The notes: generated by a model from the letters alone, not told the origin. Positions 21,754-31,839 are shown, numbered from the stretch's first letter. The stretch: DNA of 64,000 nt from a virus (IMGVR_UViG_3300035498_000404:38895-102894), one strand, 5' to 3'. A program made the numbers and translations.

Positions 21754-23964
21754 TTGGCTGGAAAATATATCTTTGAAATTCAAGAAAGAACAATTGTTCC
21801 TGCTATAACAGATTAGGTTGCTGTTTATGACGATAACCTATCTCGTTATATTACATTTAAAATACCAGAAGTTATAGACGGAATTGATATAATTGATAAA
21901 TTAATTATCATCCGTTATGTTAATGCTCTCGGTCAATTTGGTCAATTCTATTCGCAAGGTAGAGAGACTATTACTGAGGACGATGAAACATACGTATTAT
22001 TCGATTGGGTTATTGAATCAAAAGTTACTGCCGCAAGTGGTTATGTAACATATGACGTATCTGTTTATGATTCTAACTTTGATGGAATTAATACGGCAAG
22101 TGATATGTATATCTTGCATACACTTCCGACAAACTTAAAAGTTGAAAAAGGACTTCTGGAAGTTAGTCTTGAAGATGAAGACTACAATATGCTTTCTGAG
22201 CTTATTGACCAATTTAATGAGATAATTACACAACATTATCTTGAAGTCAAAAAATCAGAAGAAAACTCTAAGGCTTCCGAAGAGGCCGCTGCTTTAAGTG
22301 AATCTAATGCAAAAGCAAGTGAAAATGCTGCTGCTGAAAGCGAATCTAATGCGGCGAGTAGCGAGAGTGCTGCCTCAAAGAGTGCAACTGATTCTGCCAA
22401 TAGTGCAACAGCAAGTGCTAATAGCGCTACTGATTCTAAGAATAGTGCTAGTGCTGCCTTGAGTAGTCAAAATGCAGCTAAGACCTCTGAAACAAACGCA
22501 AAGAATAGCGAAACTAATGCTAAAACTTCGGAAACCAATTCAAAGACTTCTGAAACAAACGCAAAAAACTCAGAAACTAACGCTAAGTCTAGTGAAACTA
22601 AGGCGGCAACTTCTGAAAGTAATGCGAAAACTTCTGAAAGTAATGCGAAAACTTCTGAAAGTAATGCGAAAACTTCTGAAAGTAATGCTGCCGATTCCGC
22701 AAGTAATGCTGCTGATTCTGCAAGCGCTGCTGCTACAAGCGCAGGGAACGCAAAGACCTCTGAAACTAATGCTAAAAATTCAGAAACAAACGCCAAGACC
22801 AGTGAAACAAATGCAGGAAGTAGCGCTTCCGCTGCTTCTACAAGTGCAGGAAATGCTTCTAGTAGTGCCAATGCGGCTTCTAAGAGTGCTTCCGCTGCTT
22901 CTACTAGCGAATCTAATGCGTCAACTTATGCTTCTAACGCTTCTACTTCCGCATCAAATGCTTCGACGTTTGCAAATACTGCTTCGGCAAAGGCTACCGA
23001 TGCCTCCAATTCTGCTTCTGCTGCCTCTACAAGTGCTGGCGAAGCAGCTTCTAGTGCGTCCGCTGCAAAAACCAGCGAAGATAATGCCAAAACAAGCGAA
23101 GATAATGCAAAGAAGTCAGAAGAAAATGCAGCTACATCAGAATCAAATGCTTCTGATAGTGAAACCAATGCCGCGACAAGTGCTACAACTGCGTCGAATA
23201 AAGCAAGTGACGCTGCTGCTTCTGCAACTAATGCTAAAAATTCTGAAACCAATGCTGCCACAAGTAAGAATGACGCGGCAACATATGCGTCAAATGCTTC
23301 TACAAGCGCAAGTGAAGCACAACAAAGTAATACAAACGCAGAAACAAGTGCAAATAGAGCTGCCGATAAAGCAAGTGAAGCCGCCAATAGTGCAACTGCT
23401 GCCGCAAAATCTGCTGCTGATGCTTTAGAATACTTGAATCAAGTTAAAACTGTGAGTAGCGGAGCGCAAGGTTATTATGAAACACCGGAAAAACTAAAAG
23501 AAAGCGTTCCAGATGGCACTACTGGCTATTGGGCTATTGTAGGCTCTACCGATACAATTTGGGTTTGGGACGATGAAACCTCCGACTGGAAAGATAGTCA
23601 TGATATGACTAAATTTACAGAATATTATACTATCACTCAAATTGACAGTAAATTAAAACAGGTACAGACAGATATTGATACAGCTAAGACAGAAACAAAA
23701 TCGGTTTCTTATACAATTACTGTTCCTGCTAGTGGATGGACTGGAAGCTCCGCCCCGTATAGCAACACAGTCATTGTTGATGGTATTACCGCCGACACAG
23801 TTCTAAGTGATATTAGTCTTGCAAGTTCTAGTATCGGCGTGGCCTCTGCTGAAGCTGCCGCTCAAACTTGGTCGTATCTTGATACAAGTGCCGGAAGGGT
23901 CACTTTTTATAGTAGCACTATCCCCACTGCTGACTTTACAATAGTAGCAAGGGAGGTTAAGTAA
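21754..23964 (+). CDS. Long tail fibre with Stf-like Ser/Ala/Asn repeats (736 aa), one TAG (21814)
   Basis: TTG after AAAGGGG; N-terminal DNLSRYITFKIP..DGID..IRYVNA is in frame with 22105..23964; many SETNAK heptads. Confidence 0.8.
22608..22688 (+). repeat. 21-bp tandem repeat (~3.9 copies) encoding TSESNAK
   Basis: AACTTCTGAAAGTAATGCGAA repeated. Confidence 0.9.
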
Positions 23965-23966
23965 TA

Positions 23967-24653
23967 ATGCACGTCACTAATATATATTTAAATAAATACA
24001 GAGCCATTGTAGAAAATAGTTCAAGAAGTTTAGACCTTGGCACTAACGATAGTAAGGGTAATGAAAAATTAAATATAATTCGCGGAGATGGCTGGGAAGA
24101 CTTAACAATAAAAATTACCTTTTGGCCTTCTCGTGTTGAAATGTATGTTCCAGATGATGGATTAGTAGATGTTCCACCAGAAGCTACTAATTTTGAATGT
24201 CCTCCATTTAGAGGTAAGGTTATTTTTAATGGAGTGTCAAATGGTCGTGTTATAAATACGACCGATTTGACCTATTCTGTTTCCCCTCATGTTCCCTCAA
24301 GGGGAGTAGATACTAGCTATCGTACTCCAAGTGTATGGGAACAGTGGGTTGATGACGCAAAATCTACAGTTGAATCTGCTGAATCTGCTGTGGAAGATGT
24401 TAATAATTCTATCGAAAATGTCAACATTTCAATTAAGGAAGTTGACAGACTAAAAGAGGAATACGAAGAATTAATAGCTAACACGCCTATTAATCCAGAC
24501 TGGACACTAGACCACACAAAATTAACGCATCGTGATGCTGAAAACCAACATCCGATTAGTGCCATTGAAGGTCTTGAAAAGCAATTGGACACTTATGTTA
24601 CTTCAAGTAACACAATGTCTAATAGCGATATTGATAATCTTTTAGGATGGTGA
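23967..24653 (+). CDS. Tail fibre-associated protein
   Basis: RDAENQHPISAIEGL fibre motif; position in cluster. Confidence 0.65.
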   Translation: MHVTNIYLNKYRAIVENSSRSLDLGTNDSKGNEKLNIIRGDGWEDLTIKITFWPSRVEMYVPDDGLVDVPPEATNFECPPFRGKVIFNGVSNGRVINTTDLTYSVSPHVPSRGVDTSYRTPSVWEQWVDDAKSTVESAESAVEDVNNSIENVNISIKEVDRLKEEYEELIANTPINPDWTLDHTKLTHRDAENQHPISAIEGLEKQLDTYVTSSNTMSNSDIDNLLGW

Positions 24654-24657
24654 TTAA

Positions 24658-25041
24658 ATGGCCGATAAATATGTTGATAAAGCTGGTCTTACTTATTTTT
24701 GGGGTAAAATAAAGACTTTACTTGCGGCAAAGGCAGATACTTCTTCTTTAAAAACAGTTGCAACAAGTGGTAGTTATAATGATTTAACAAATCGTCCAAC
24801 TATTCCGTCTGTTGACGCTTCTTTAAGTAGTTCTAGCACTAATGCCATCCAAAATAAAGCAGTTTATTCTGCATTATCTGGTAAACTTAGTACATCTGGT
24901 ACTGCTGCAAGCGCAAGTAAGCTTGTTAATTCTATTACAATAAATGGCACTGCTTTCGATGGAAGCCAAGCTATTTCAATAACAACTGAAAACACTGTTT
25001 ACAGTGCAATTTCAAACGATACGATTGATGGATGTTTTTAA
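24658..25041 (+). CDS. Tail fibre-like protein
   Basis: LKTVATSGSYNDLTNRPTIP, STNAIQNKAV and INGTAFDGS motifs. Confidence 0.7.
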   Translation: MADKYVDKAGLTYFWGKIKTLLAAKADTSSLKTVATSGSYNDLTNRPTIPSVDASLSSSSTNAIQNKAVYSALSGKLSTSGTAASASKLVNSITINGTAFDGSQAISITTENTVYSAISNDTIDGCF

Positions 25042-25060
25042 AATTTAAAAGGGTGATTAT

Positions 25061-26245
25061 ATGTCAAAATTTGTTGACCAAGAGGGTTTGCTTTACTTTT
25101 GGACAAAGCTAAAGACAATTCTGAGCGGCAAGGTTGATACCGTTGAAGGTAAGCAACTTTCGACTAACGATTATACCAACGACGAAAAGGATAAGCTATC
25201 TGGCATTGCTGCAAAGGCTGAAGTAAACCAGAATGCTTATTCGTATATTAGCGTTGGTTCTTCTAAGCTTTCTGCTGCTGGCAAGACCGATACGGTCACT
25301 ATTGCTGCTGGCACAAATGTCACGCTAACTCCTGATACCACTAATGGTAAGATTACCATTGCTGCTACTGATACTACGTATAGCAATGCTACCACCACTA
25401 CTGCTGGTCTAATGAGTTCTACTGATAAGGCAAAGCTAGATACTGTTGCTGAAAATGCTAACAACTATACTCTGCCTACTGCCTCTAAGACCCTCGGTGG
25501 TGTTAAGACTACTAGCGACGTGAATAGTGCCTCTGGTTATACTGCTTCTCCGATTATTGACGGAGTTGTATACTACAAGGACACGGATACTACCTATAAT
25601 GATATGACTGGTGCAACTTCCTCTAAGGATGGTACTAATGGTCTAGTTCCAAAGCCTGTCGCTGGTAATCAGGACAAGTATCTGCGTGGAGACGGCACTT
25701 GGCAAACTCCTACCGATACCACTTATAGCGCTGTTACTACCAGCAAGGACGGTTTAATGATTGCTGCGGATAAGAGCAAGCTGGACGGTATTGCTGATAA
25801 TGCTAACAACTATTCGCTCCCGACCGCTACTAGCTCTGTTATCGGTGGTGTTACCACTACTAGCACTGTAACTAGCACGACTGGTTATACTGCCTCTCCG
25901 ATTATTGACGGAGTTGTGTACTACAAGGACACCAACACTACTTACAATGCTGTTACCACCACCGCCAACGGTCTGATGACTTCTACCGATAAGGCGAAAC
26001 TCGACGCTTTTGGTGCTGCCAGCACTTATGCTCTAAAGAGCGACATTACGAATATGTACAAATATAAGGGTAGTGTTGCTACGACTTCTGACCTTCCCTC
26101 TGGTGCTACTACTGGCGACGTGTATAACGTCGAAGCCAGCGGTATGAACTATGCTTGGGACGGTTCTGCTTGGGATGCTTTAGGCGAAATTTTCACTATT
26201 GACAAAGTTACTAACAGTGAAATCGATACGATTATGGCCTCCTAA
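25061..26245 (+). CDS. Tail/head fibre-like repeat protein
   Basis: LSTNDYT..EKDKL, three GLM..DK.KLD repeats, duplicated YTASPIIDGVVYYKDT. Confidence 0.75.
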   Translation: MSKFVDQEGLLYFWTKLKTILSGKVDTVEGKQLSTNDYTNDEKDKLSGIAAKAEVNQNAYSYISVGSSKLSAAGKTDTVTIAAGTNVTLTPDTTNGKITIAATDTTYSNATTTTAGLMSSTDKAKLDTVAENANNYTLPTASKTLGGVKTTSDVNSASGYTASPIIDGVVYYKDTDTTYNDMTGATSSKDGTNGLVPKPVAGNQDKYLRGDGTWQTPTDTTYSAVTTSKDGLMIAADKSKLDGIADNANNYSLPTATSSVIGGVTTTSTVTSTTGYTASPIIDGVVYYKDTNTTYNAVTTTANGLMTSTDKAKLDAFGAASTYALKSDITNMYKYKGSVATTSDLPSGATTGDVYNVEASGMNYAWDGSAWDALGEIFTIDKVTNSEIDTIMAS

Positions 26246-26268
26246 AATTTTTAAGGAGGTTTTAACCT

Positions 26269-26616
26269 ATGGCATTTTTAGACGAAACAGGTTTGCAATA
26301 TTTAGTTGATAAGATTAAAACTTTGGTTTCCGATAGTATTGCCACTGCGACCACTAAAACTTATACAATTACAGTTCCATCTTCTGGATGGACTGGGAGT
26401 TCAGCACCGTACACAAATACGGTCACTGTATCTGGAATTACTGCCAGTACAGTTTTGAGTGATATTACATTAGCTAATGCTAGTGTTGGGGTGAGTGCTG
26501 CGGAAACCGCCGCTCAGACTTGGACTTATCTCGACACCAAGGCTGACAGCGTGGTTTTTTATAGTGATACGAAACCTACGGCTAATTTTACAATAATAGC
26601 CAGAGAAGTTAAATAA
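26269..26616 (+). CDS. Short fibre/adaptor protein; C-terminus paralogous to that of 21754..23964
   Basis: YTITVPSSGWTGSSAPY..AAQTW.YLDT..FTI.AREVK present in both. Confidence 0.75.
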   Translation: MAFLDETGLQYLVDKIKTLVSDSIATATTKTYTITVPSSGWTGSSAPYTNTVTVSGITASTVLSDITLANASVGVSAAETAAQTWTYLDTKADSVVFYSDTKPTANFTIIAREVK

Positions 26617-26774
26617 TTCTTCTCTTTTTAGAAAAAAATTAAAATATATGTGTACATATTGTACGAATTTTAAGTGCTTTTTGTGCTTTTCTTTGTGCAA
26701 TATGTACATCTTTTTTAACGATTTTTATAGATAAAAGTCAAATTTTATAAAACTACGAATAAAAGGAGAACAAA

Positions 26775-27908
26775 ATGAGTAAAACAAATAATAGTATTAA
26801 TATTAGCGGAGCATATTCTACTGTTTTGCAGCTAATTGCTGCTTCCCCTACATACTATAAACGTCCCTCTTTAATGACCCTAAATAAAACAACTGTAACC
26901 ATCCCAGCTAATACACAAATTAATATTGGCGGCAATGGATATATTAGTTTGAGTAATACTTCTTTAGCTTTATCTGCTGTTGCTACTGCTGCTAATCGTG
27001 CTGGTAAAAATATTTATGTCTACGCGTGTCAACCAAGTAGCGGCATTTCTCCAACATTTGTTCTATCAACAAGCAGCACAGTCCCAAGTGGTTATACTGC
27101 TACTACCAGTCGTAAAATTGGCGGATTTCATTGTCTTTGTGCGGCAGTTGGTACTATTAGTGGACACACGCTAAGTGGATATGCTACTGGTGACGCAATT
27201 CCAAATTCACAGTGGGACTTATTACATCGTCCTGTATCAGACCCGGAAGGAATGGTCTACGTTGAGGGAATTGGTAAATGGGTAGACATCTATTTGACAA
27301 GCTACAATGGTACAAAGCTTGCGAGTGTATATGGTGGCACAATTGCAGATGGATATTCTTCTACACCATTTCATGGAGAAAAGTTTGCCGAATATGCTGG
27401 ACTATGTGGCAAGTCTCTATTAAATAGAGATGAATTTATGGTTGTGGCAAAAGGTAGTAATGAGGGTACAAATATTACTGATTCTGCTGACCCCGGTACT
27501 ACTGGTGGACATACTGATACTGCCGGTCGCCGTATGATTTCTAATTACGGCCTAGAAGATTGCTGTGGAGTTATGTGGCAATGGACAAACGATATTGCTA
27601 TGTTTGGTAACAGTGCCGCTGCTACACTACCTTCCACTTCACAAACTTCTTCTACTGATGGCGCTCAATATCTAAATGGATTCTCATGGCAAACTGATGG
27701 TCGAAGCGTCTCTAATATTTATATTGATAGCACAGCAAGTCTATACGGCCATTCTCACGGTGTTGTGGAGCGTGTCCTCGTCGGCGGTTATTGGTGCAAC
27801 GGCTCGGATTGCGGCTCTCGCGCGGTGGCTGGCCATTGCCTGTCTTCTCTCCGGATTTCCTCTCACGGCTGTCGCTTGGCCTCGGAGTCGAGGGTCGTTT
27901 GCCTATAA
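26775..27908 (+). CDS. DGR target: Mtd-like (C-type lectin fold) receptor-binding protein
   Basis: KIGGFH..WDL.HRP..PEGMVY..WVDIY..GLEDCCGVMWQW; carries the VR at its 3' end. Confidence 0.88.
   Translation: MSKTNNSINISGAYSTVLQLIAASPTYYKRPSLMTLNKTTVTIPANTQINIGGNGYISLSNTSLALSAVATAANRAGKNIYVYACQPSSGISPTFVLSTSSTVPSGYTATTSRKIGGFHCLCAAVGTISGHTLSGYATGDAIPNSQWDLLHRPVSDPEGMVYVEGIGKWVDIYLTSYNGTKLASVYGGTIADGYSSTPFHGEKFAEYAGLCGKSLLNRDEFMVVAKGSNEGTNITDSADPGTTGGHTDTAGRRMISNYGLEDCCGVMWQWTNDIAMFGNSAAATLPSTSQTSSTDGAQYLNGFSWQTDGRSVSNIYIDSTASLYGHSHGVVERVLVGGYWCNGSDCGSRAVAGHCLSSLRISSHGCRLASESRVVCL
27774..27885 (+). repeat. DGR variable repeat (VR), 112 bp
   Basis: Ungapped match to 28040..28151 with 18 mismatches, all opposite TR adenines. 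Confidence 0.95.
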
Positions 27909-27915
27909 GTAAAAA

Positions 27916-27933
27916 TTAACGATAAATCGTTAA
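27916..27933 (+). promoter_or_regulatory. Hairpin just 3' of VR (putative DGR target-recognition cruciform)
   Basis: TTAACGA-TAAA-TCGTTAA, at the position where BPP-1-type DGRs have a cis hairpin. Confidence 0.6.
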
Positions 27934-28039
27934 ATTCTAGTAATTGACACAGAGAGGATTATCGTTTTTTATAAATTGAAAATAACTAAAATTTAATAAA
28001 GGATGTGGTAACAAACCTCGGCTTTTGTATTACTCGTGA

Positions 28040-28151
28040 GTCAACGTCGGCGGTAATTGGAGCAACAGCTCGAATTGCGGCTCTCGCGCAGTGAATGGCA
28101 ATAACCTGTCTTCTAACCGGAATTCCAATAACGGCTGTCGCTTGGCCTCGG
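28040..28151 (+). ncRNA. DGR template repeat (TR)
   Basis: 25 adenines, 22 of them in 11 AAY codons of the VR frame; upstream of the RT. Confidence 0.95.
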
Positions 28152-28347
28152 CTACGGGGGACTAGGATAGTTCTACCCTAAAAACTTTCATAAAATATAA
28201 TATTTCTGTATATTTTAGCCGAACCCTCGGCTGAATACAAGAGCCATCCCTATTAAGGGAAAATACGCGAATGGGTTAATGTGGTGGATAGTAGAGAAAC
28301 CGAAATTCATCACATTTATTTTTTTAATAATAAAAGGGAGAATGTTT

Positions 28348-29379
28348 ATGAAAAGATACGGAAATCTGTATCAAAAAATTATAGATAAAGAAAATTTAAA
28401 AATAGCATTTATGAAAGCCTCTATGGGCAAAAGACAAAGAAAATCAGTTAAAAAGATTTTAGACAACTTAGACTATTATATAGACGATTTATATAATCAA
28501 CTTGCAAACGGTACATATCATACATCGTCATATCATACAAAAGTTATCTATGAACCAAAAGAACGATTGATTTACATCTTGCCTTTTTATCCAGACAGAG
28601 TTGTTCATCATGCTATAATGAATATACTTGAACCAATTCTTGACGGCCTCATGTACGAACATAGTTACGCTTGTCGAAAAAACAAGGGGCAACACGCCGG
28701 AAGCAAATATTGTATGGGGCTTGTAAAGAAAAATAAGTATTGCTTACAATGTGATATATCAAAATTTTATCCAAGTATAGACCATGCTATTTTAAAAGAA
28801 ATTATAAAGCACAAAATAAAAGATAAACAATTGCTTGTTTTGCTTGATGAAATAATTGATAGTATACCCGGAGAAAAGAATACGCCAATCGGCAATTATT
28901 TATCTCAATGGTTTGGGAATCTATATATGAATGAGTTAGATACTTATGTAAAACAGGAATTAAAAGTAAAAGATTATATGAGATATTGTGACGATTTTGT
29001 TTTATTTTCAAACGACAAAACCGAATTAAAAGAATGGGCTGACAAAATAGAAAATTTTGTTCACGAAAAATTAGACTTAAAATTAAGTAAGAAACGAGTT
29101 TATCCAACTTCTCAGGGGGTTGATTTTCTCGGTTATCGACATTTTCCAGACTATATCTTGGTAAGAAAAAGAACTGCAAAAAGAATCAAAAAACACATGA
29201 AGGAACTTGTTTATTTATGGCGTTCTGGCAGAATTACCCAAGAGAAAGCCCTATCGAAAATTGCAAGCGCAAAAGGGTGGTTAAAACACGCTCAAACACA
29301 TAATTTAAAACTTGCAATGAAAATAGACGAGATAGAATTAGAGATACGAGCTAATCAACGTAGCAAAAACAATAAATAA
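28348..29379 (+). CDS. DGR reverse transcriptase (343 aa)
   Basis: MKRYGNLY start after AAAGGGAG; PKER, DISKFYPSI, PIGNYLSQ (DGR-type SQ), YCDD, GVDFLGY; no maturase/endonuclease extension. Confidence 0.95.
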   Translation: MKRYGNLYQKIIDKENLKIAFMKASMGKRQRKSVKKILDNLDYYIDDLYNQLANGTYHTSSYHTKVIYEPKERLIYILPFYPDRVVHHAIMNILEPILDGLMYEHSYACRKNKGQHAGSKYCMGLVKKNKYCLQCDISKFYPSIDHAILKEIIKHKIKDKQLLVLLDEIIDSIPGEKNTPIGNYLSQWFGNLYMNELDTYVKQELKVKDYMRYCDDFVLFSNDKTELKEWADKIENFVHEKLDLKLSKKRVYPTSQGVDFLGYRHFPDYILVRKRTAKRIKKHMKELVYLWRSGRITQEKALSKIASAKGWLKHAQTHNLKLAMKIDEIELEIRANQRSKNNK

Positions 29380-29545
29380 AACTCTGATTTTATGATTAAT
29401 AAAACAACGTAACATCGTAAATTTTTACGACATATAATTTCAAAAATTAAAAATCTTTGTCTAAAAATCTTTATCTAAAATTTTTCCATTATCTTTTCAA
29501 AAATCTTCAAATAATATATAATAAGAAATAAAAGGAGAATTAATT

Positions 29546-29839
29546 ATGGTAGGAATCCCCAAGTATTTAAATTCTAAAGATGATTATGAGTATGTGAGAG
29601 CAAATTACTCAGAAGAAATTTGGAGACCCCAGTATCAAAATCTTCTTGATACAACCTATGATTGGTTTTTTTCAAATAAACTTACCGATGACGAAGACGG
29701 TATTACTGATGATACCCATATTGTTATCGAAGATGAAGAAACTCATGAAAAAAGTCAGTATGAATGGAGATTAAATCCAACTTGTAAATTACTCTCTATT
29801 GGTTATACAATTAATGAGGTTAAAAATATTCTAAAATAA
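29546..29839 (+). CDS. Hypothetical acidic protein downstream of the RT
   Basis: AAGGAG SD; 97 aa. Confidence 0.7.
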   Translation: MVGIPKYLNSKDDYEYVRANYSEEIWRPQYQNLLDTTYDWFFSNKLTDDEDGITDDTHIVIEDEETHEKSQYEWRLNPTCKLLSIGYTINEVKNILK

Positions 29840-29879
29840 ATTAAAATATGATTAACGCTTAAATTACGGTGATTATAAA

Positions 29880-30506
29880 ATGGTAAATAAATATTCTTTA
29901 AAAAAAGATGGAGAAACTTCTCTGTCTACTAATTTTAAAGTTAAAGAATTTGCTTGTAATGACGGCTCTGACGAAATCCTAATTGATAGTGATTTAGTCG
30001 AAGCATTACAAAAAATTCGTGATAAATTTGGCAAACCAGTTACAATCAACTCAGCTTATAGAACTGTCACATACAACAAAAAGATAGGTGGCAGTACAAG
30101 TTCTTATCATACTAAAGGAATGGCCGTTGATATAAAAATAGCTGGTGTATCAGCAGTAGAAATTGCATATTATGCACAAGAAATTATTAATGGAGTTGGA
30201 GTTTATTATTATGGAACTTCCGACTTTGTTCACATTGATACTAGAAAAAATATTAAACATTGGCTTTGCGCAAAGGCTGGCGCTTATGAATATTATGATA
30301 CCGACCTTATGCCCGTATTAAAAAGAGGCCAAAACGTTAATAAGACTACTGCTGTTAAGTTTCTACAAAAGAAACTAGGTTTAAATATTGATGGGCAGTT
30401 CGGAGCAAATACAGAAAAAGTTATAAAAGACTTCCAAAAGGCTAACGGTTTAACTGATGACGGAATTGTTGGTATGAATACGTGGAAAAAACTCTTTTGT
30501 AACTAA
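29880..30506 (+). CDS. Endolysin: peptidase M15 plus peptidoglycan-binding domain
   Basis: SAYR..N..GG...SYH..G.A.D..FVHID; C-terminal DGQFGANT/DGIVGMNTW. Confidence 0.85.
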   Translation: MVNKYSLKKDGETSLSTNFKVKEFACNDGSDEILIDSDLVEALQKIRDKFGKPVTINSAYRTVTYNKKIGGSTSSYHTKGMAVDIKIAGVSAVEIAYYAQEIINGVGVYYYGTSDFVHIDTRKNIKHWLCAKAGAYEYYDTDLMPVLKRGQNVNKTTAVKFLQKKLGLNIDGQFGANTEKVIKDFQKANGLTDDGIVGMNTWKKLFCN

Positions 30507-30522
30507 AAAGGAGTGATTATTC

Positions 30523-31425
30523 ATGAAGAAATGTATCGACATTTCAAAACATCAAACAGCATTTAATGCAACTACTTGTGCAAATTCTGGTGTATCAATT
30601 GTTCTAGGGCGTTTAGCTTACGGTACTACAAAAGATACTAAAGCAATCGAGTATATTAAATCGGCAAGAGATGCCGAATTAAAAATTGGTGGTTATGGAT
30701 TTGCTACTTGGCATTATACAATTAAAAATGCCGGAGATTTAGATTTGGCGAGAAAGCTTATGAAAGAACAAGTCAATACTTGGATTGAGGTTGCTTTGGA
30801 AAACAAATGCAATTCTTGGATTGGCATTGACCAAGAGCTAGAAAAAGGACAAGAAATGTCTTTTTCTATTGAAGACAACACCAATCTTCTTTTAGAAGCT
30901 GCTAAAATGATTGAAGACGCCGGGCTTCACCCTTGTCTATATGCTTCTGCTAGTTGGGTTAAACAATATGTTGATTTAGACAAATTTAAATATCCACTGT
31001 GGATTGCATATTATAAATGGAACAATACTAAAATGAGGTTTGAAGATGCCGAAGTAACATTTCCTGCTGATTCCGGTACTTATGGTTCTTGGATGAACAA
31101 AAATAAAGACCAGATTTGTATGTGGCAATTTACTTCCGTCGGATATGCAGACGAGTACGGCTGTACGCAAGGGTCAAACAATGTTGATAAAGAATTTGTC
31201 TATTTTGAGCCTGAAATTGATACTAGGTACTTCGACAAATATCTTGGAACTTCTGGCAGTATTGTTGATGCACTAATTGCAGTTGAAGCTCCTTCTTCTG
31301 GTTATCAATACAGAAAAAAGATTGCAGCAGCCAATAATATTAAAAATTATATTGGCAGCGCCTCTCAAAATAAATCTATGTTAGCATTACTAAAAAAAGG
31401 TCTTTTATTAAAGCCTATCGGATAA
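30523..31425 (+). CDS. Endolysin, GH25-like muramidase with C-terminal binding domain
   Basis: IDISKHQ, IDQE, LWIAYY, MWQFTS. Confidence 0.8.
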   Translation: MKKCIDISKHQTAFNATTCANSGVSIVLGRLAYGTTKDTKAIEYIKSARDAELKIGGYGFATWHYTIKNAGDLDLARKLMKEQVNTWIEVALENKCNSWIGIDQELEKGQEMSFSIEDNTNLLLEAAKMIEDAGLHPCLYASASWVKQYVDLDKFKYPLWIAYYKWNNTKMRFEDAEVTFPADSGTYGSWMNKNKDQICMWQFTSVGYADEYGCTQGSNNVDKEFVYFEPEIDTRYFDKYLGTSGSIVDALIAVEAPSSGYQYRKKIAAANNIKNYIGSASQNKSMLALLKKGLLLKPIG

Positions 31426-31437
31426 GGGGAATTTATT

Positions 31438-31794
31438 ATGGACATTACTTTAATTCTTAACGAACTTATTAAGATTATTTTTAGTGCCGCTGGTTGCATG
31501 GTCGTGTACGGCCTAAAACAGTACGCTATGCCTTGGTTACAGTCCAAGTTGACTGCTAATCAACTAAACAACATGAAGAGTATTCTTGTTGTGCTAATTA
31601 AGGCTGCACAACAGATGGAAGCCAATGGTGCTTTTGATGAAGTTGCAGACACAAATACTGCAAAAAGAGAATATGTTATCAAACAGGCAAAGGTTGAGTT
31701 TGAAAAGGTTGGCCTTACGTTTGATGAACAGACAATTGAAACTACTCTTGAGGGTCTATTAAAGGACGCTAAAAATTCAATTACAATTGAATAA
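31438..31794 (+). CDS. Holin-like protein (LL-H type)
   Basis: Single N-terminal hydrophobic helix; AAQQ..KREYV pattern; adjacent to endolysins. Confidence 0.65.
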   Translation: MDITLILNELIKIIFSAAGCMVVYGLKQYAMPWLQSKLTANQLNNMKSILVVLIKAAQQMEANGAFDEVADTNTAKREYVIKQAKVEFEKVGLTFDEQTIETTLEGLLKDAKNSITIE

Positions 31795-31802
31795 TAATTT
31801 AA

Positions 31803-31839
31803 ATGGGGAATATCCTTTTTGGATATTCCCCATTTTTTT
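31803..31839. terminator. Terminator at the convergence of the two genome arms
   Basis: ATGGGGAATATCC/GGATATTCCCCAT stem followed by a T run. Confidence 0.85.

Noticed and set aside
52-21816. Tail genes as nonsense-mutated pseudogenes
   Set aside because: All interruptions are TAG, with no TAA/TGA or frameshifts; random decay would not be this specific.
22467-23428. Overlapping ORFs 22472..23428(+), 22467..22871(-), 22926..23387(-)
   Set aside because: Shadows of the low-complexity Ser/Ala repeat gene.
28348-29379. Group II intron or retron RT
   Set aside because: Short RT with SQ motif and an adjacent adenine-specific TR/VR pair identifies a DGR.
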